The position numbers were made by a program, and so were the translations under genes. Source: a virus. Taken from it: a DNA stretch of 64,000 nucleotides. The stretch spans positions 1 through 64,000 of IMG/VR virus record IMGVR_UViG_3300045988_147330, one strand, 5' to 3'. Each line of letters starts with the position of its first letter. Within the stretch, counting starts at the first letter, position 1. Shown piece by piece: positions 45,487 through 53,668 of the stretch. The notes beneath the pieces were generated by a model that was not told where the DNA came from, did no database searches, and saw nothing but the letters and a program-made list of their open reading frames with translations.

Positions 45487-45651
45487 GCTAAAGACTTGTA
45501 GATGTTGATTAGACTAAGCACTTTGGGTGCTACGTTAGGAGAGAATATATAGTTACCAAGGGGTGCTTGCTCAAGCCCCTTGCTCTAAGGTTAAAACCTC
45601 TCCATAACATTGTCGATGAGTATTTAACGGAGAAATCTGACTTATAGTAAA
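45487..45651 (+). ncRNA. omega-RNA candidate of IscB copy B (guide-position segment 45487-45511, scaffold 45512-45651)
   Basis: Collinear with the copy-A leader, apart from a 46-nt internal segment present only in copy A (23210-23255). Confidence 0.6.
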
Positions 45652-46896
45652 ATGGTTTATATAATTAACAAACAAGGACAAGCACTTATGCCAACTGAAA
45701 GGTTTGGTAAAGTGAGAAGGCTATTAAAGAATGGTCTTTCCCACGTTGTGTGCCGTATCCCATTCACAATTCAATTAGATTATGACACAACAGATTATAC
45801 GCAGCCCATAAGTTTGGGTTTAGATGCTGGTAGCAAGCATATCGGCATATCAGCAACAACAAGTGAAAAGGAATTGTATGCAGCAGATGTGGAACTTAGA
45901 AATGACATTGTAGAGAAACTATCTACTCGTAGAGAACAAAGAAGAACTCGTAGGAGTAGGCTTCGTTATCGCAAGGCGCGTTTCAATAATAGGGTTTCAT
46001 CTAAACGCAAGGGTTGGCTAGCACCATCTATTGAAAACAAAATTCAAACTCATTTGACTGTTGTAGAAAAAATACATAAGTTCCTACCGATAACTAATAT
46101 CGTAGTTGAAACTGCTTCCTTTGATATACAGAAGATTAAGAATCCAAGTATATCTGGAAGTGAATACCAACAAGGAGAACAACTTGATTTCTTTAATGTG
46201 CGTGAGTATATTTTGTTTCGTGATGGTTATACTTGCCAACATTGTAAGGGTAAAAGTAAAGATAAGATCTTGAATGTGCATCACATTGAGAGTAGAAAGA
46301 CGGGAGGGGATAGCCCAAATAACTTGATTACTCTTTGCGAAACTTGCCACAAGGCATATCATAGAGGTGAGTTTGAGTTAAATGTAAAACGTGGAAAGTC
46401 CTTTAGAGATGCCGCCTTTATGGGAATTATGCGATGGAGTCTCTATGATAGACTAAAGAATATCTATCCTAATGTAAATATGACTTTTGGTTATATCACG
46501 AAAAATACCCGTATCACTAACAATCTTCCTAAAGATCATTATGTTGATGCAAGGTGTATAAGTGGTAATCCTGTGGCTAAACCTTTAGGTTATTATTTCT
46601 ATCAGAAGAAAGTAAGATGCCAAAATAGGCAGATACACAAGGCTAATTTCTTAAAGGGTGGCAGGAAGAAACTCAATCAAGCACCATTCTTAGTGAAAGG
46701 TTTTAGGTTGTTTGACCTGGTTGAATACCAAAAGGATTTGTATTACATATTTGGAAGAAGAAGTAGTGGTTCCTTTGATATTAGGAAACTTGATGGAACT
46801 AAAGTGAATAAAGGTTCTATCAATTGCAAGTATTTGCGATTGATAGACAAAAGAAAAAGTATATTAACTGAAAAGAGAATGCAAGTAAATTTATGA
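45652..46896 (+). CDS. iscB: IscB RNA-guided nuclease, copy B
   Basis: 414 aa with the same motif set as copy A. 26 amino-acid differences by my count, all outside the catalytic motifs. Its stop overlaps the next ATG (ATGA). Confidence 0.85.
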   Translation: MVYIINKQGQALMPTERFGKVRRLLKNGLSHVVCRIPFTIQLDYDTTDYTQPISLGLDAGSKHIGISATTSEKELYAADVELRNDIVEKLSTRREQRRTRRSRLRYRKARFNNRVSSKRKGWLAPSIENKIQTHLTVVEKIHKFLPITNIVVETASFDIQKIKNPSISGSEYQQGEQLDFFNVREYILFRDGYTCQHCKGKSKDKILNVHHIESRKTGGDSPNNLITLCETCHKAYHRGEFELNVKRGKSFRDAAFMGIMRWSLYDRLKNIYPNVNMTFGYITKNTRITNNLPKDHYVDARCISGNPVAKPLGYYFYQKKVRCQNRQIHKANFLKGGRKKLNQAPFLVKGFRLFDLVEYQKDLYYIFGRRSSGSFDIRKLDGTKVNKGSINCKYLRLIDKRKSILTEKRMQVNL

Positions 46897-47093
46897 CACG
46901 AGAGGAAATACATAAAAACGTTCTTACAATAAGAAATTATTATTTCAGTATTCAAAACAAGCTAGATAATGGGTATAAAATTTCCGATTTGGATATAGAT
47001 TCGGAAACGCACAACAAAATGATTGATGATACCATAAAATCAGCCATTGAAGATTATAAAATGATTCTTGTTTTGGAAAAATACAAATTATAA
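46893..47093 (+). CDS. hypothetical protein
   Basis: ORF track. Confidence 0.45.
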   Translation: MTREEIHKNVLTIRNYYFSIQNKLDNGYKISDLDIDSETHNKMIDDTIKSAIEDYKMILVLEKYKL

Positions 47094-47097
47094 AATC

Positions 47098-47550
47098 ATG
47101 AAAAAGAAAGAAATAGACGAAGGATATATTGTAGGTGACTTTTATATAGTTAAAAGCCCTATCAAAGATGGATGGCTTCACGTAGTGAATATAAAAACAT
47201 CTTGGCAGATAAAGGTGATGATGGGAGCGAACACGGCAAAGTTTCTAAGCCTTCCACAACAGGAGATATTTGACAGGATTAACGGAATATACATTCAATC
47301 CATGATGTCTTTATACGATTCAGATTATGCCTTGAAAATAGCTAAAGATGCTGTGTCTTATATGTCTGAAAAGGCAAAAAAGGTGGAGAAGGTGAAAAAG
47401 GTGGAGAAGAATGAAAATGAAGATATTGAAAAGGTGAAGAAAGATGAGTTTATGATGAAGATAGCCACATCTTCCGATGAAGAAATCATGGACATGATCA
47501 TAAATGGGGAAATAAAGTACGAATATTTCAAACAAGAACAGGAGGATTAA
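47098..47550 (+). CDS. hypothetical protein, paralog of 49070..49516
   Basis: Shared MKKKEIDEGYIVGDFYI...QQEIFDRINGIYIQSMMSLYDS...SSDEEIMDMI. Confidence 0.55.
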   Translation: MKKKEIDEGYIVGDFYIVKSPIKDGWLHVVNIKTSWQIKVMMGANTAKFLSLPQQEIFDRINGIYIQSMMSLYDSDYALKIAKDAVSYMSEKAKKVEKVKKVEKNENEDIEKVKKDEFMMKIATSSDEEIMDMIINGEIKYEYFKQEQED

Positions 47551-47967
47551 ATGAAAGCATTATTTAAAATGGACTTCGATTGCGGAAGAATGGGCAATCT
47601 TGAAGGAGTATTTATTGCAGACACAGAAGATGTCGAATACTTAGTGAATAACAAAATCAGTGTTTACTTCGGTGAAGTACTTGGCAAGCACTCTGAAATA
47701 TCCGGGTGTGTGGCTGAAAGTGAAATCAAACAAATAACCACTGATGAAAATGTAATCAAGATAGTTGAAGAATATGGGCTTAACAGTGGGTATAATCCAT
47801 TTGAATACACTCTTTGTACATCAGAAACGGAAGATATACCAGATAACGGAGTTGATTGGGATGATTGTACTGTACAAGAATACATAGACTTTATGAGGAA
47901 AGGTATAATACCCCAATATTACGAGAAAGATTATAAAGAATGGCTAAGTAGCCAAAAGGAGGATTAA
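47551..47967 (+). CDS. hypothetical acidic protein (variable centre of cassette 1)
   Basis: ORF track, 138 aa. Confidence 0.5.
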   Translation: MKALFKMDFDCGRMGNLEGVFIADTEDVEYLVNNKISVYFGEVLGKHSEISGCVAESEIKQITTDENVIKIVEEYGLNSGYNPFEYTLCTSETEDIPDNGVDWDDCTVQEYIDFMRKGIIPQYYEKDYKEWLSSQKED

Positions 47968-47970
47968 ATC

Positions 47971-48069
47971 ATGCAAGACTATATTTCAGATTGGTTCATT
48001 CCTATGGATTTCGGTAATGATATGCCGGACGAAGAACCTAACGGTGAGGATAATTTTAATTTTGAATGA
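47971..48069 (+). CDS. conserved 32-aa acidic peptide, paralog of 49866..49958
   Basis: Hand-translated: MQDYISDWFIPMDFGNDMPDEEPNGEDNFNFE. The second copy is MQDYISDWFIPMDFGNDLPDEEPDYEDNFN. Confidence 0.4.
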   Translation: MQDYISDWFIPMDFGNDMPDEEPNGEDNFNFE

Positions 48070-48956
48070 ATATGGAAAAGAAATTTGAGCTAACAGATAA
48101 CTTTATAATCAATGCTTTTGGAGTGAAGTTATTCCAAATCAAGTGTACAAAGTCTTTCAAATATGCCAAGGAAGGTGATTTGGGAGGATATGTTGAGAAA
48201 GATGAGAACTTAGACCAAGAAAGCAATGCTTGGGTGTCCGGCAATGCTGAGGTGTCCGGCGATGCTTGGGTGTCCGGCAATGCTGAGGTGTCCGGCGATG
48301 CTCGGGTGTACGGCAATGCTCGGGTGTACGGCGATGCTCGGGTGTCCGGCGATGCTGAGGTGTCCGGCGATGCTCGGGTGTACGGCAATGCTCGGGTGTA
48401 CGGCGATGCTCGGGTGTACGGCGATGCTCGGGTGTACGGCAATGCTGAGGTGTCCGGCAATGCTGAGGTGTACGGCAATGCTGAGGTGTCCGGCAATGCT
48501 TGGGTGTCCGGCAATGCTCGGGTGTCCGGCAATGCTTGGGTGTCCGGCAATGCTGAGGTGTCCGGCGATGCTCGGGTGTACGGCAATGCTCGGGTGTACG
48601 GCAATGCTGAGGTGTCCGGCAATGCTTGGGTGTACGGCGATGCTTGGGTGTACGGCAATGCTCGGGTGTACGGCAATGCTGAGGTGTCCGGCAATGCTTG
48701 GGTGTCCGGCAATGCTGAGATAGACAACAATAATAAACATTGCGGATTTGACTGTTTCGGTTCTGCCAACCGCCACACCCATGCCTACCTGACAAAAGAA
48801 AACAAAGTGGAAATAACATGCGGATGCTTCCGTGGGAGTATTGAAGAGTTTGAAAAGAGAGTGGAAGAAACCCATTCGGGCACAATCTATGAGAAGCAGT
48901 ATAAAGCCATCATCGATGTTATTAAAATTAAATTTGGGTTGACTGATTTGATATAG
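48066..48956 (+). CDS. hexapeptide-repeat (left-handed beta-helix-like) protein with Cys/His-rich C-terminal domain
   Basis: 27 consecutive [N/D]A[E/W/R]V[S/Y]G hexads. Only this frame has non-repeat N- and C-terminal domains. Confidence 0.7.
   Translation: MNMEKKFELTDNFIINAFGVKLFQIKCTKSFKYAKEGDLGGYVEKDENLDQESNAWVSGNAEVSGDAWVSGNAEVSGDARVYGNARVYGDARVSGDAEVSGDARVYGNARVYGDARVYGDARVYGNAEVSGNAEVYGNAEVSGNAWVSGNARVSGNAWVSGNAEVSGDARVYGNARVYGNAEVSGNAWVYGDAWVYGNARVYGNAEVSGNAWVSGNAEIDNNNKHCGFDCFGSANRHTHAYLTKENKVEITCGCFRGSIEEFEKRVEETHSGTIYEKQYKAIIDVIKIKFGLTDLI
48225..48719 (+). repeat. 27.5 tandem 18-bp coding repeats RATGCTNNGGTGTMCGGC
   Basis: Every unit read. 14 of 18 positions are invariant in all 27 units. 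Variation is confined to positions 1 (A/G), 7-8 (GA/TG/CG) and 14 (C/A). Confidence 0.95.
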
Positions 48957-48997
48957 ATTCATTTGCTTATAAACTTTATGCCTTCCCGGTCTGTGAA

Positions 48998-49069
48998 GAT
49001 AGGGTGGGTGTTGGTATCGCCCTGAACGGATTAACGTTTTAAAATGTGTGTAAAAATTAACATTAATAC
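48998..49069 (+). mobile_element. TnpB 3'-end/omega-RNA-like remnant, copy B (short)
   Basis: GATAGGGTGGGTGTTGGTATCGCCCTGAACGGATTAACGTTTTAAAATGTGTGT...ACATTAATAC. Ends exactly at the ATG of 49070. Confidence 0.5.
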
Positions 49070-49516
49070 ATGAAAAAGAAAGAAATAGACGAAGGATATA
49101 TTGTAGGTGACTTTTATATTCTCAAAGATATAATTAAAGATGGATATATTCACATAATAAATATAAAAACCATGTGGCAGATAAAGGTATACATGGGAGA
49201 AAATGCAGCAAGTTTCCTTTGTCTTCCACAACAGGAAATATTTGACAGGATCAACGGAATATATATTCAGTCCATGATGTCTTTATATGATTCAGAATAC
49301 GCCTTAAACATAGCTAAAAATGCAAAATCATACATGGCTCGTAAAGCTAAGAAGGTTAAAAAATCTGATGAGAATGAAGATATAGAAAAGGTGAAAAGAG
49401 ATCAGTTTATGATGAAAATAGCTTCCTCTTCTGATGAGGAAATTATGGATATGATTGTCAATGGAGAAATTAATTATGAATATTTTAAACATGACAAGGA
49501 AAAGGAGGATGTATGA
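49070..49516 (+). CDS. hypothetical protein, paralog of 47098..47550
   Basis: See 47098..47550. Confidence 0.55.
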   Translation: MKKKEIDEGYIVGDFYILKDIIKDGYIHIINIKTMWQIKVYMGENAASFLCLPQQEIFDRINGIYIQSMMSLYDSEYALNIAKNAKSYMARKAKKVKKSDENEDIEKVKRDQFMMKIASSSDEEIMDMIVNGEINYEYFKHDKEKEDV

Positions 49517-49863
49517 GCGAAATGGAAAGACATATCGGTAAGGTAAGAAAAGTTGATTTAGGAAATTATACCATTGAAGAATGGTGCGAGAAAAAATGTA
49601 AGTCTATTGGAATAGGTTTAGACGAATGCTATAAATCCTATAAGGAAGCGTTATTAACAGATCCATATCCATCTATTGTGATTGAAGTTGATGGCACTCT
49701 TTGGGAAATCATTGAAGATAATGAAGAAGAAGACACAGAAGATATATCAATCCTTACTCCAAACAATGACGGAACTTACAGTTATATAATGCAGTTTTAC
49801 AATGGAGGAACTTGTTTATCTGAAATGCTTGAAGATGGTATAAAAAATATAAAGGAGGAATGA
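49513..49863 (+). CDS. hypothetical acidic protein (variable centre of cassette 2)
   Basis: ORF track, 116 aa. Unrelated to 47551..47967. Confidence 0.5.
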   Translation: MSEMERHIGKVRKVDLGNYTIEEWCEKKCKSIGIGLDECYKSYKEALLTDPYPSIVIEVDGTLWEIIEDNEEEDTEDISILTPNNDGTYSYIMQFYNGGTCLSEMLEDGIKNIKEE

Positions 49864-49865
49864 TT

Positions 49866-49958
49866 ATGCAAGACTATATTTCAGATTGGTTTATTCCTAT
49901 GGACTTCGGTAATGACCTGCCGGATGAAGAACCGGACTATGAAGATAATTTTAATTAA
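49866..49958 (+). CDS. conserved 30-aa acidic peptide
   Basis: Hand-translated. Paralog of 47971..48069. Confidence 0.4.
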   Translation: MQDYISDWFIPMDFGNDLPDEEPDYEDNFN

Positions 49959-50010
49959 GTGTATTTGTTTACATGCCTGCTTTATTTATTAAGATAGGGC
50001 GGGCGAAAAT

Positions 50011-50084
50011 GGGGCGTTTGGCTGGTGTGACTAATGTGATGCGCAGCATTGTAGAGGAGGACAGTTCGATTCTGTCACGCCCCT
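50011..50084 (+). tRNA. tRNA-like element (canonical acceptor stem and T arm; D and anticodon arms non-canonical)
   Basis: GGGGCGT...ACGCCCC 7-bp acceptor. T arm GACAG-TTCGATT-CTGTC. 73 nt plus discriminator. I could not fold a standard D arm or a 7-nt anticodon loop. Confidence 0.35.
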
Positions 50085-50131
50085 CATACATGTGATTCAC
50101 ACATCAATAACAGTAAGTAAATAACAAATAA

Positions 50132-50623
50132 ATGAAAAACGATAAATTAATATTGGATGCTTGTTGTGGTAGTCGTATGTTTTGGTTTGATAAACAAAAT
50201 CCTAATGTGTTATTTGTTGACAAACGTTCAGAAACACTTACGGCCAAAGATAGGGATAAGATAAGGACTATAGAGGTAAAACCTGATATTATCGCAGATT
50301 TTACTAATTTACCATTTGAAGATAATTCTTTCTATCAAGTTGTATTTGATCCACCGCACCTGAAAACACTTGGAGAAAATTCATGGATGGCAAAAAAATA
50401 TGGCAAGTTGCCTGATGATTGGAAAAGTATTATTCATGAAGGTTTCAAGGAGTGCATGAGGGTATTAAAACCGAATGGTACACTTATCTTCAAATGGAAT
50501 GAAAGCGAGATAAAAGCATCAGATGTTTTGTCTGTTATTCCTTTCAAACCTCTATTTGGACATACAACTGGTAGACAAAGTAAGACGATATGGATGTGTT
50601 TTATGAAATTATGTGATAAATAA
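50132..50623 (+). CDS. DNA methyltransferase (N6-adenine/N4-cytosine type)
   Basis: SAM motif LILDACCGSRMF and catalytic motif VVFDPPH. 163 aa. Confidence 0.7.
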   Translation: MKNDKLILDACCGSRMFWFDKQNPNVLFVDKRSETLTAKDRDKIRTIEVKPDIIADFTNLPFEDNSFYQVVFDPPHLKTLGENSWMAKKYGKLPDDWKSIIHEGFKECMRVLKPNGTLIFKWNESEIKASDVLSVIPFKPLFGHTTGRQSKTIWMCFMKLCDK

Positions 50624-50659
50624 AATATGGAAACAAAAAGAATTTAAACTTTAATTATT

Positions 50660-51214
50660 ATGATGAATTTTTTTGAATGCAAAATCCGTTACGAAAAGAT
50701 AATGGAAAATGGTGTAAACAAGAAAGTAACAGAACCCTATTTGGTTGACGCGCTTAGCTTTACTGAGGCAGAAGCACGTATTATATCTGAAATGACACCG
50801 TTTATTAGTGGAGAGTTCACTGTTTCGGACATCAAACGAGCCAACTACAGCGAACTATTCTCATCTGAGGAAGATGCAGCCGACCGATGGTTTAAGTGCA
50901 AGCTGTTCTTCATTACGCTGGACGAAAAGAGCGGAGCGGAGAAAAAGACCTCCACTACTGTACTGGTACAGGCTTCCGACCTTCGAGATTCTGTAAAGAA
51001 ACTTGACGAAGGAATGAAAGGTACAATGGCAGACTACGTGATTGCATCCGTAACCGAAACAGCTATCATGGATGTTTATCTATATGAGGAAGATAATAAA
51101 TCTTTACCAGAGTTTCCTAGTGGAGACAAGACGGAAGCTGTTATAGGTGATAAAAATGTAATTGTAGACAAGACAGGGAGTGCAACTATAGTTTCAACAA
51201 GTAATATCCAATAA
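50660..51214 (+). CDS. DUF4494-like protein
   Basis: The N-terminal FECKIRYEKIMENGVNKKVTEPYLVDALSFTEAEARI pattern resembles DUF4494, as I recall it. Confidence 0.45.
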   Translation: MMNFFECKIRYEKIMENGVNKKVTEPYLVDALSFTEAEARIISEMTPFISGEFTVSDIKRANYSELFSSEEDAADRWFKCKLFFITLDEKSGAEKKTSTTVLVQASDLRDSVKKLDEGMKGTMADYVIASVTETAIMDVYLYEEDNKSLPEFPSGDKTEAVIGDKNVIVDKTGSATIVSTSNIQ

Positions 51215-51216
51215 TT

Positions 51217-51744
51217 ATGCCTAACGAACAACAAAACCAACTTCTCCATCATTGGAGAACTGGAAGTCAATCTGATTATGTAGGAGTAGAAATACTTCCT
51301 AACGGTCAGTCTATCATCGCTACAATATCCCATATCGTATGGGATGAGAATGCAAAGGTACAAGGTAGCAAGAAACCATCATGGATTGCTTACTTTAAAG
51401 AAACAAACCTTGTTCCTAAACCTATGCTATTGAACAGTACGAACCGTAAACGCCTCACTAAGCTGGCACAAACTGATTATCCTGAAACCATCCGTGATTT
51501 CCGTGTTATATTATGCAAGGAACTGACACGTGACCCAAGCGATGGAGGAAAGGTCTACGGATTGCGTATAGGGCGTGATGTTCCGCCACCACCACAGAAA
51601 GAGAAGATGACAGTCAACTCTGATAAATTCAAGGCTGCATTGGAAGCATTGAAAAGTGGGAAATGCGACATTGGATACATCACGGCAAGCTATGATGTGG
51701 ACGCTGAAGCTATGAAATTGTTTAACGAATCAGTTAAAAAATAA
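51217..51744 (+). CDS. hypothetical protein (possible ssDNA-binding/annealing partner of the exonuclease)
   Basis: Position immediately upstream of a YqaJ-like exonuclease. No motif recognised. Confidence 0.3.
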   Translation: MPNEQQNQLLHHWRTGSQSDYVGVEILPNGQSIIATISHIVWDENAKVQGSKKPSWIAYFKETNLVPKPMLLNSTNRKRLTKLAQTDYPETIRDFRVILCKELTRDPSDGGKVYGLRIGRDVPPPPQKEKMTVNSDKFKAALEALKSGKCDIGYITASYDVDAEAMKLFNESVKK

Positions 51745-52544
51745 TGGAAGCAGAAGAAAAAGAAAAATTATGGCTTATGAAGAGGTGTGGTAAAATCACC
51801 TCTTCCGCCATTGGAAAACTTATGGTTTCTGGGAGAAGGGAAATGACACCTTCCGAACTAGAGGTTGCAAAAAAACAGGGTGTAAAGAGAAAGACAGTTG
51901 ATGTTCCTTTCGGAGATACAGCTATCTCTTATCTTTATCAGGTTGCAAGGGAGAGAAGGTTAAACAAACCATGCCGACATATATCCACTTCTGATATGGA
52001 GTGGGGAAAGGATCATGAAAAAGACGCTATAGAATGTTTTAACCATAACACGTTCTCCAGACTAATGTCCTGTGCGGATGATTTTGACGAAATTGTTTTT
52101 GTCGATAATATCTATGATGGATATGGCGATTCTCCCGATGGATATGGATTTGATGTCAATGGTAAATTATCTTATATAGCAGAAGTGAAATGCTTTACTT
52201 CTGAAAGTAAGATTGAATATTTGAGAGAAGCAACAAAGGAACAGGCGATAGAGGAATACTATTGGCAGCTAATGTCGCATTTCCTTTCCCATCCCGATGT
52301 GGATAAAATGTATTATATCGTATATGACGGCAAGTCAGATGATGATCCGTTTGATTTACGCCCAGTTAACGATCCGTCAAGGCTTTTGTATTGGGAACTT
52401 GACAGAAGCGATTATAAAGATGATATAGACAGGATGGAGGATAAGTTACAAATGGCTCTAGCTTATCTTTCACTCAACGAACGTGATGCAAAAAAATACC
52501 CAATAAGAAAAGTAAATGACTTTGTTGGTGTTTCAAATACGTAA
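51744..52544 (+). CDS. YqaJ/lambda-Exo-like PD-(D/E)XK recombination exonuclease
   Basis: GDSPDGY...IAEVKC motif arrangement. Confidence 0.6.
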   Translation: MEAEEKEKLWLMKRCGKITSSAIGKLMVSGRREMTPSELEVAKKQGVKRKTVDVPFGDTAISYLYQVARERRLNKPCRHISTSDMEWGKDHEKDAIECFNHNTFSRLMSCADDFDEIVFVDNIYDGYGDSPDGYGFDVNGKLSYIAEVKCFTSESKIEYLREATKEQAIEEYYWQLMSHFLSHPDVDKMYYIVYDGKSDDDPFDLRPVNDPSRLLYWELDRSDYKDDIDRMEDKLQMALAYLSLNERDAKKYPIRKVNDFVGVSNT

Positions 52545-52580
52545 CGGGTAATTGCGGAGTTACCACAAAAAGTTAATAAT

Positions 52581-53366
52581 ATGTCAACAAATATAACATT
52601 ATCTAAAGAAAGTAGTGAAAGCGAAATTAAGGCGTATTTCAATGAAATATTAAAGCTATCACAATCAGATAACGAATTTCCAGTAAATTTTGATGATGTA
52701 TGGATGCTTGTTTATCAAGACAAGCATAAAGCAGTAAACGAACTTAAAGAAAAGTTTATTGAAAGTGTTGATTATCAGGCAATCACCCAAAAAGTAAAAT
52801 GCCAAAATGGAATCGGTTATTCAAGAAGAATTGATTATCATATTACTGTTCCTTGTCTTGAATTTTTTATTGCAAGAAAAGTAAGATCAGTATTTGAGGT
52901 TTACCGACAAGTATTCCATCATACCGTTAATAAGATTATAGAGAATAAGTCAATTGATAATCAACCAACCATATCGGATAAAATGAATGCAGCTACATGG
53001 GCGGCAAAGTTCTTGAACTTAAATGATAATTCAAAGTTGATTATCGCAAAACAGATACTTGACCCATTAAATATATCTCTTCCAGATTATACATCATCGA
53101 AAGGGATATTAAAGTCTGCCTCTGAGTTGTTATCTGAAAAAGGAATTAAAATTTCCGCACAGGCATTTAACAAGGCAGCTATTGAAAAAGGATACCTATG
53201 CGAATTGAGCCGAAATTCTTCACACGGTAAGAAAAAACGATTCAAATCAATCACGGAAAAAGGTCTTTCTTATGGGGAAAACCAAGTAAGCCCGAATAAT
53301 CCTAAAGAAACACAACCGTTGTGGTATGAGGATAAGTTTGAAGATTTATTGTCTAAATTGTTATGA
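52581..53366 (+). CDS. antirepressor-like (AntA/KilAC-type) protein
   Basis: FPVNFDDVWMLVYQDKHKAVNELKEKFIESVDYQ resembles AntA/AntB N-terminal domains. Confidence 0.4.
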   Translation: MSTNITLSKESSESEIKAYFNEILKLSQSDNEFPVNFDDVWMLVYQDKHKAVNELKEKFIESVDYQAITQKVKCQNGIGYSRRIDYHITVPCLEFFIARKVRSVFEVYRQVFHHTVNKIIENKSIDNQPTISDKMNAATWAAKFLNLNDNSKLIIAKQILDPLNISLPDYTSSKGILKSASELLSEKGIKISAQAFNKAAIEKGYLCELSRNSSHGKKKRFKSITEKGLSYGENQVSPNNPKETQPLWYEDKFEDLLSKLL

Positions 53367-53668
53367 TTACATTTATCAAACACAACAAACCTAATCATGG
53401 GGACGAAATAATCGTCCCTTATCTTGCTATAGAGAACAATATCAATTTTATTATGCTCAATGGTGGTGTAGGTGATGTTGAACTTATGGATGGTACAAGG
53501 TGTAAGTCCATAGAATGCACTCCTATTAAATTTGACAATGCAGGAGATGATATATATCGTATATATGGCATAGGGAAAGAAGCGTGGAAAATGGCATGGC
53601 TGAAAAGAGTACATGCCATGAGTGATGAAATTGTAAAACTAAAGTTAGATTTCAATGCCAGCAATTAG
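53363..53668 (+). CDS. hypothetical protein
   Basis: ORF track. ATGA overlap. Confidence 0.45.
   Translation: MITFIKHNKPNHGDEIIVPYLAIENNINFIMLNGGVGDVELMDGTRCKSIECTPIKFDNAGDDIYRIYGIGKEAWKMAWLKRVHAMSDEIVKLKLDFNASN

Noticed and set aside
48225-48719. Diversity-generating retroelement targeting the variable hexad positions.
   Set aside because: There is no reverse transcriptase and no template-repeat copy in the window. The variation is not adenine-specific; it includes A/G, GA/TG/CG and C/A changes.
48056-48962. Four additional long ORFs (48056..48778 -, 48157..48885 -, 48210..48962 -, 48226..48723 +) covering the 18-bp repeat array.
   Set aside because: They are open only because the repeat unit lacks stops in those frames. 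None has non-repeat flanking domains or a sensible start context. Only 48066..48956 (+) fits the co-oriented gene array.
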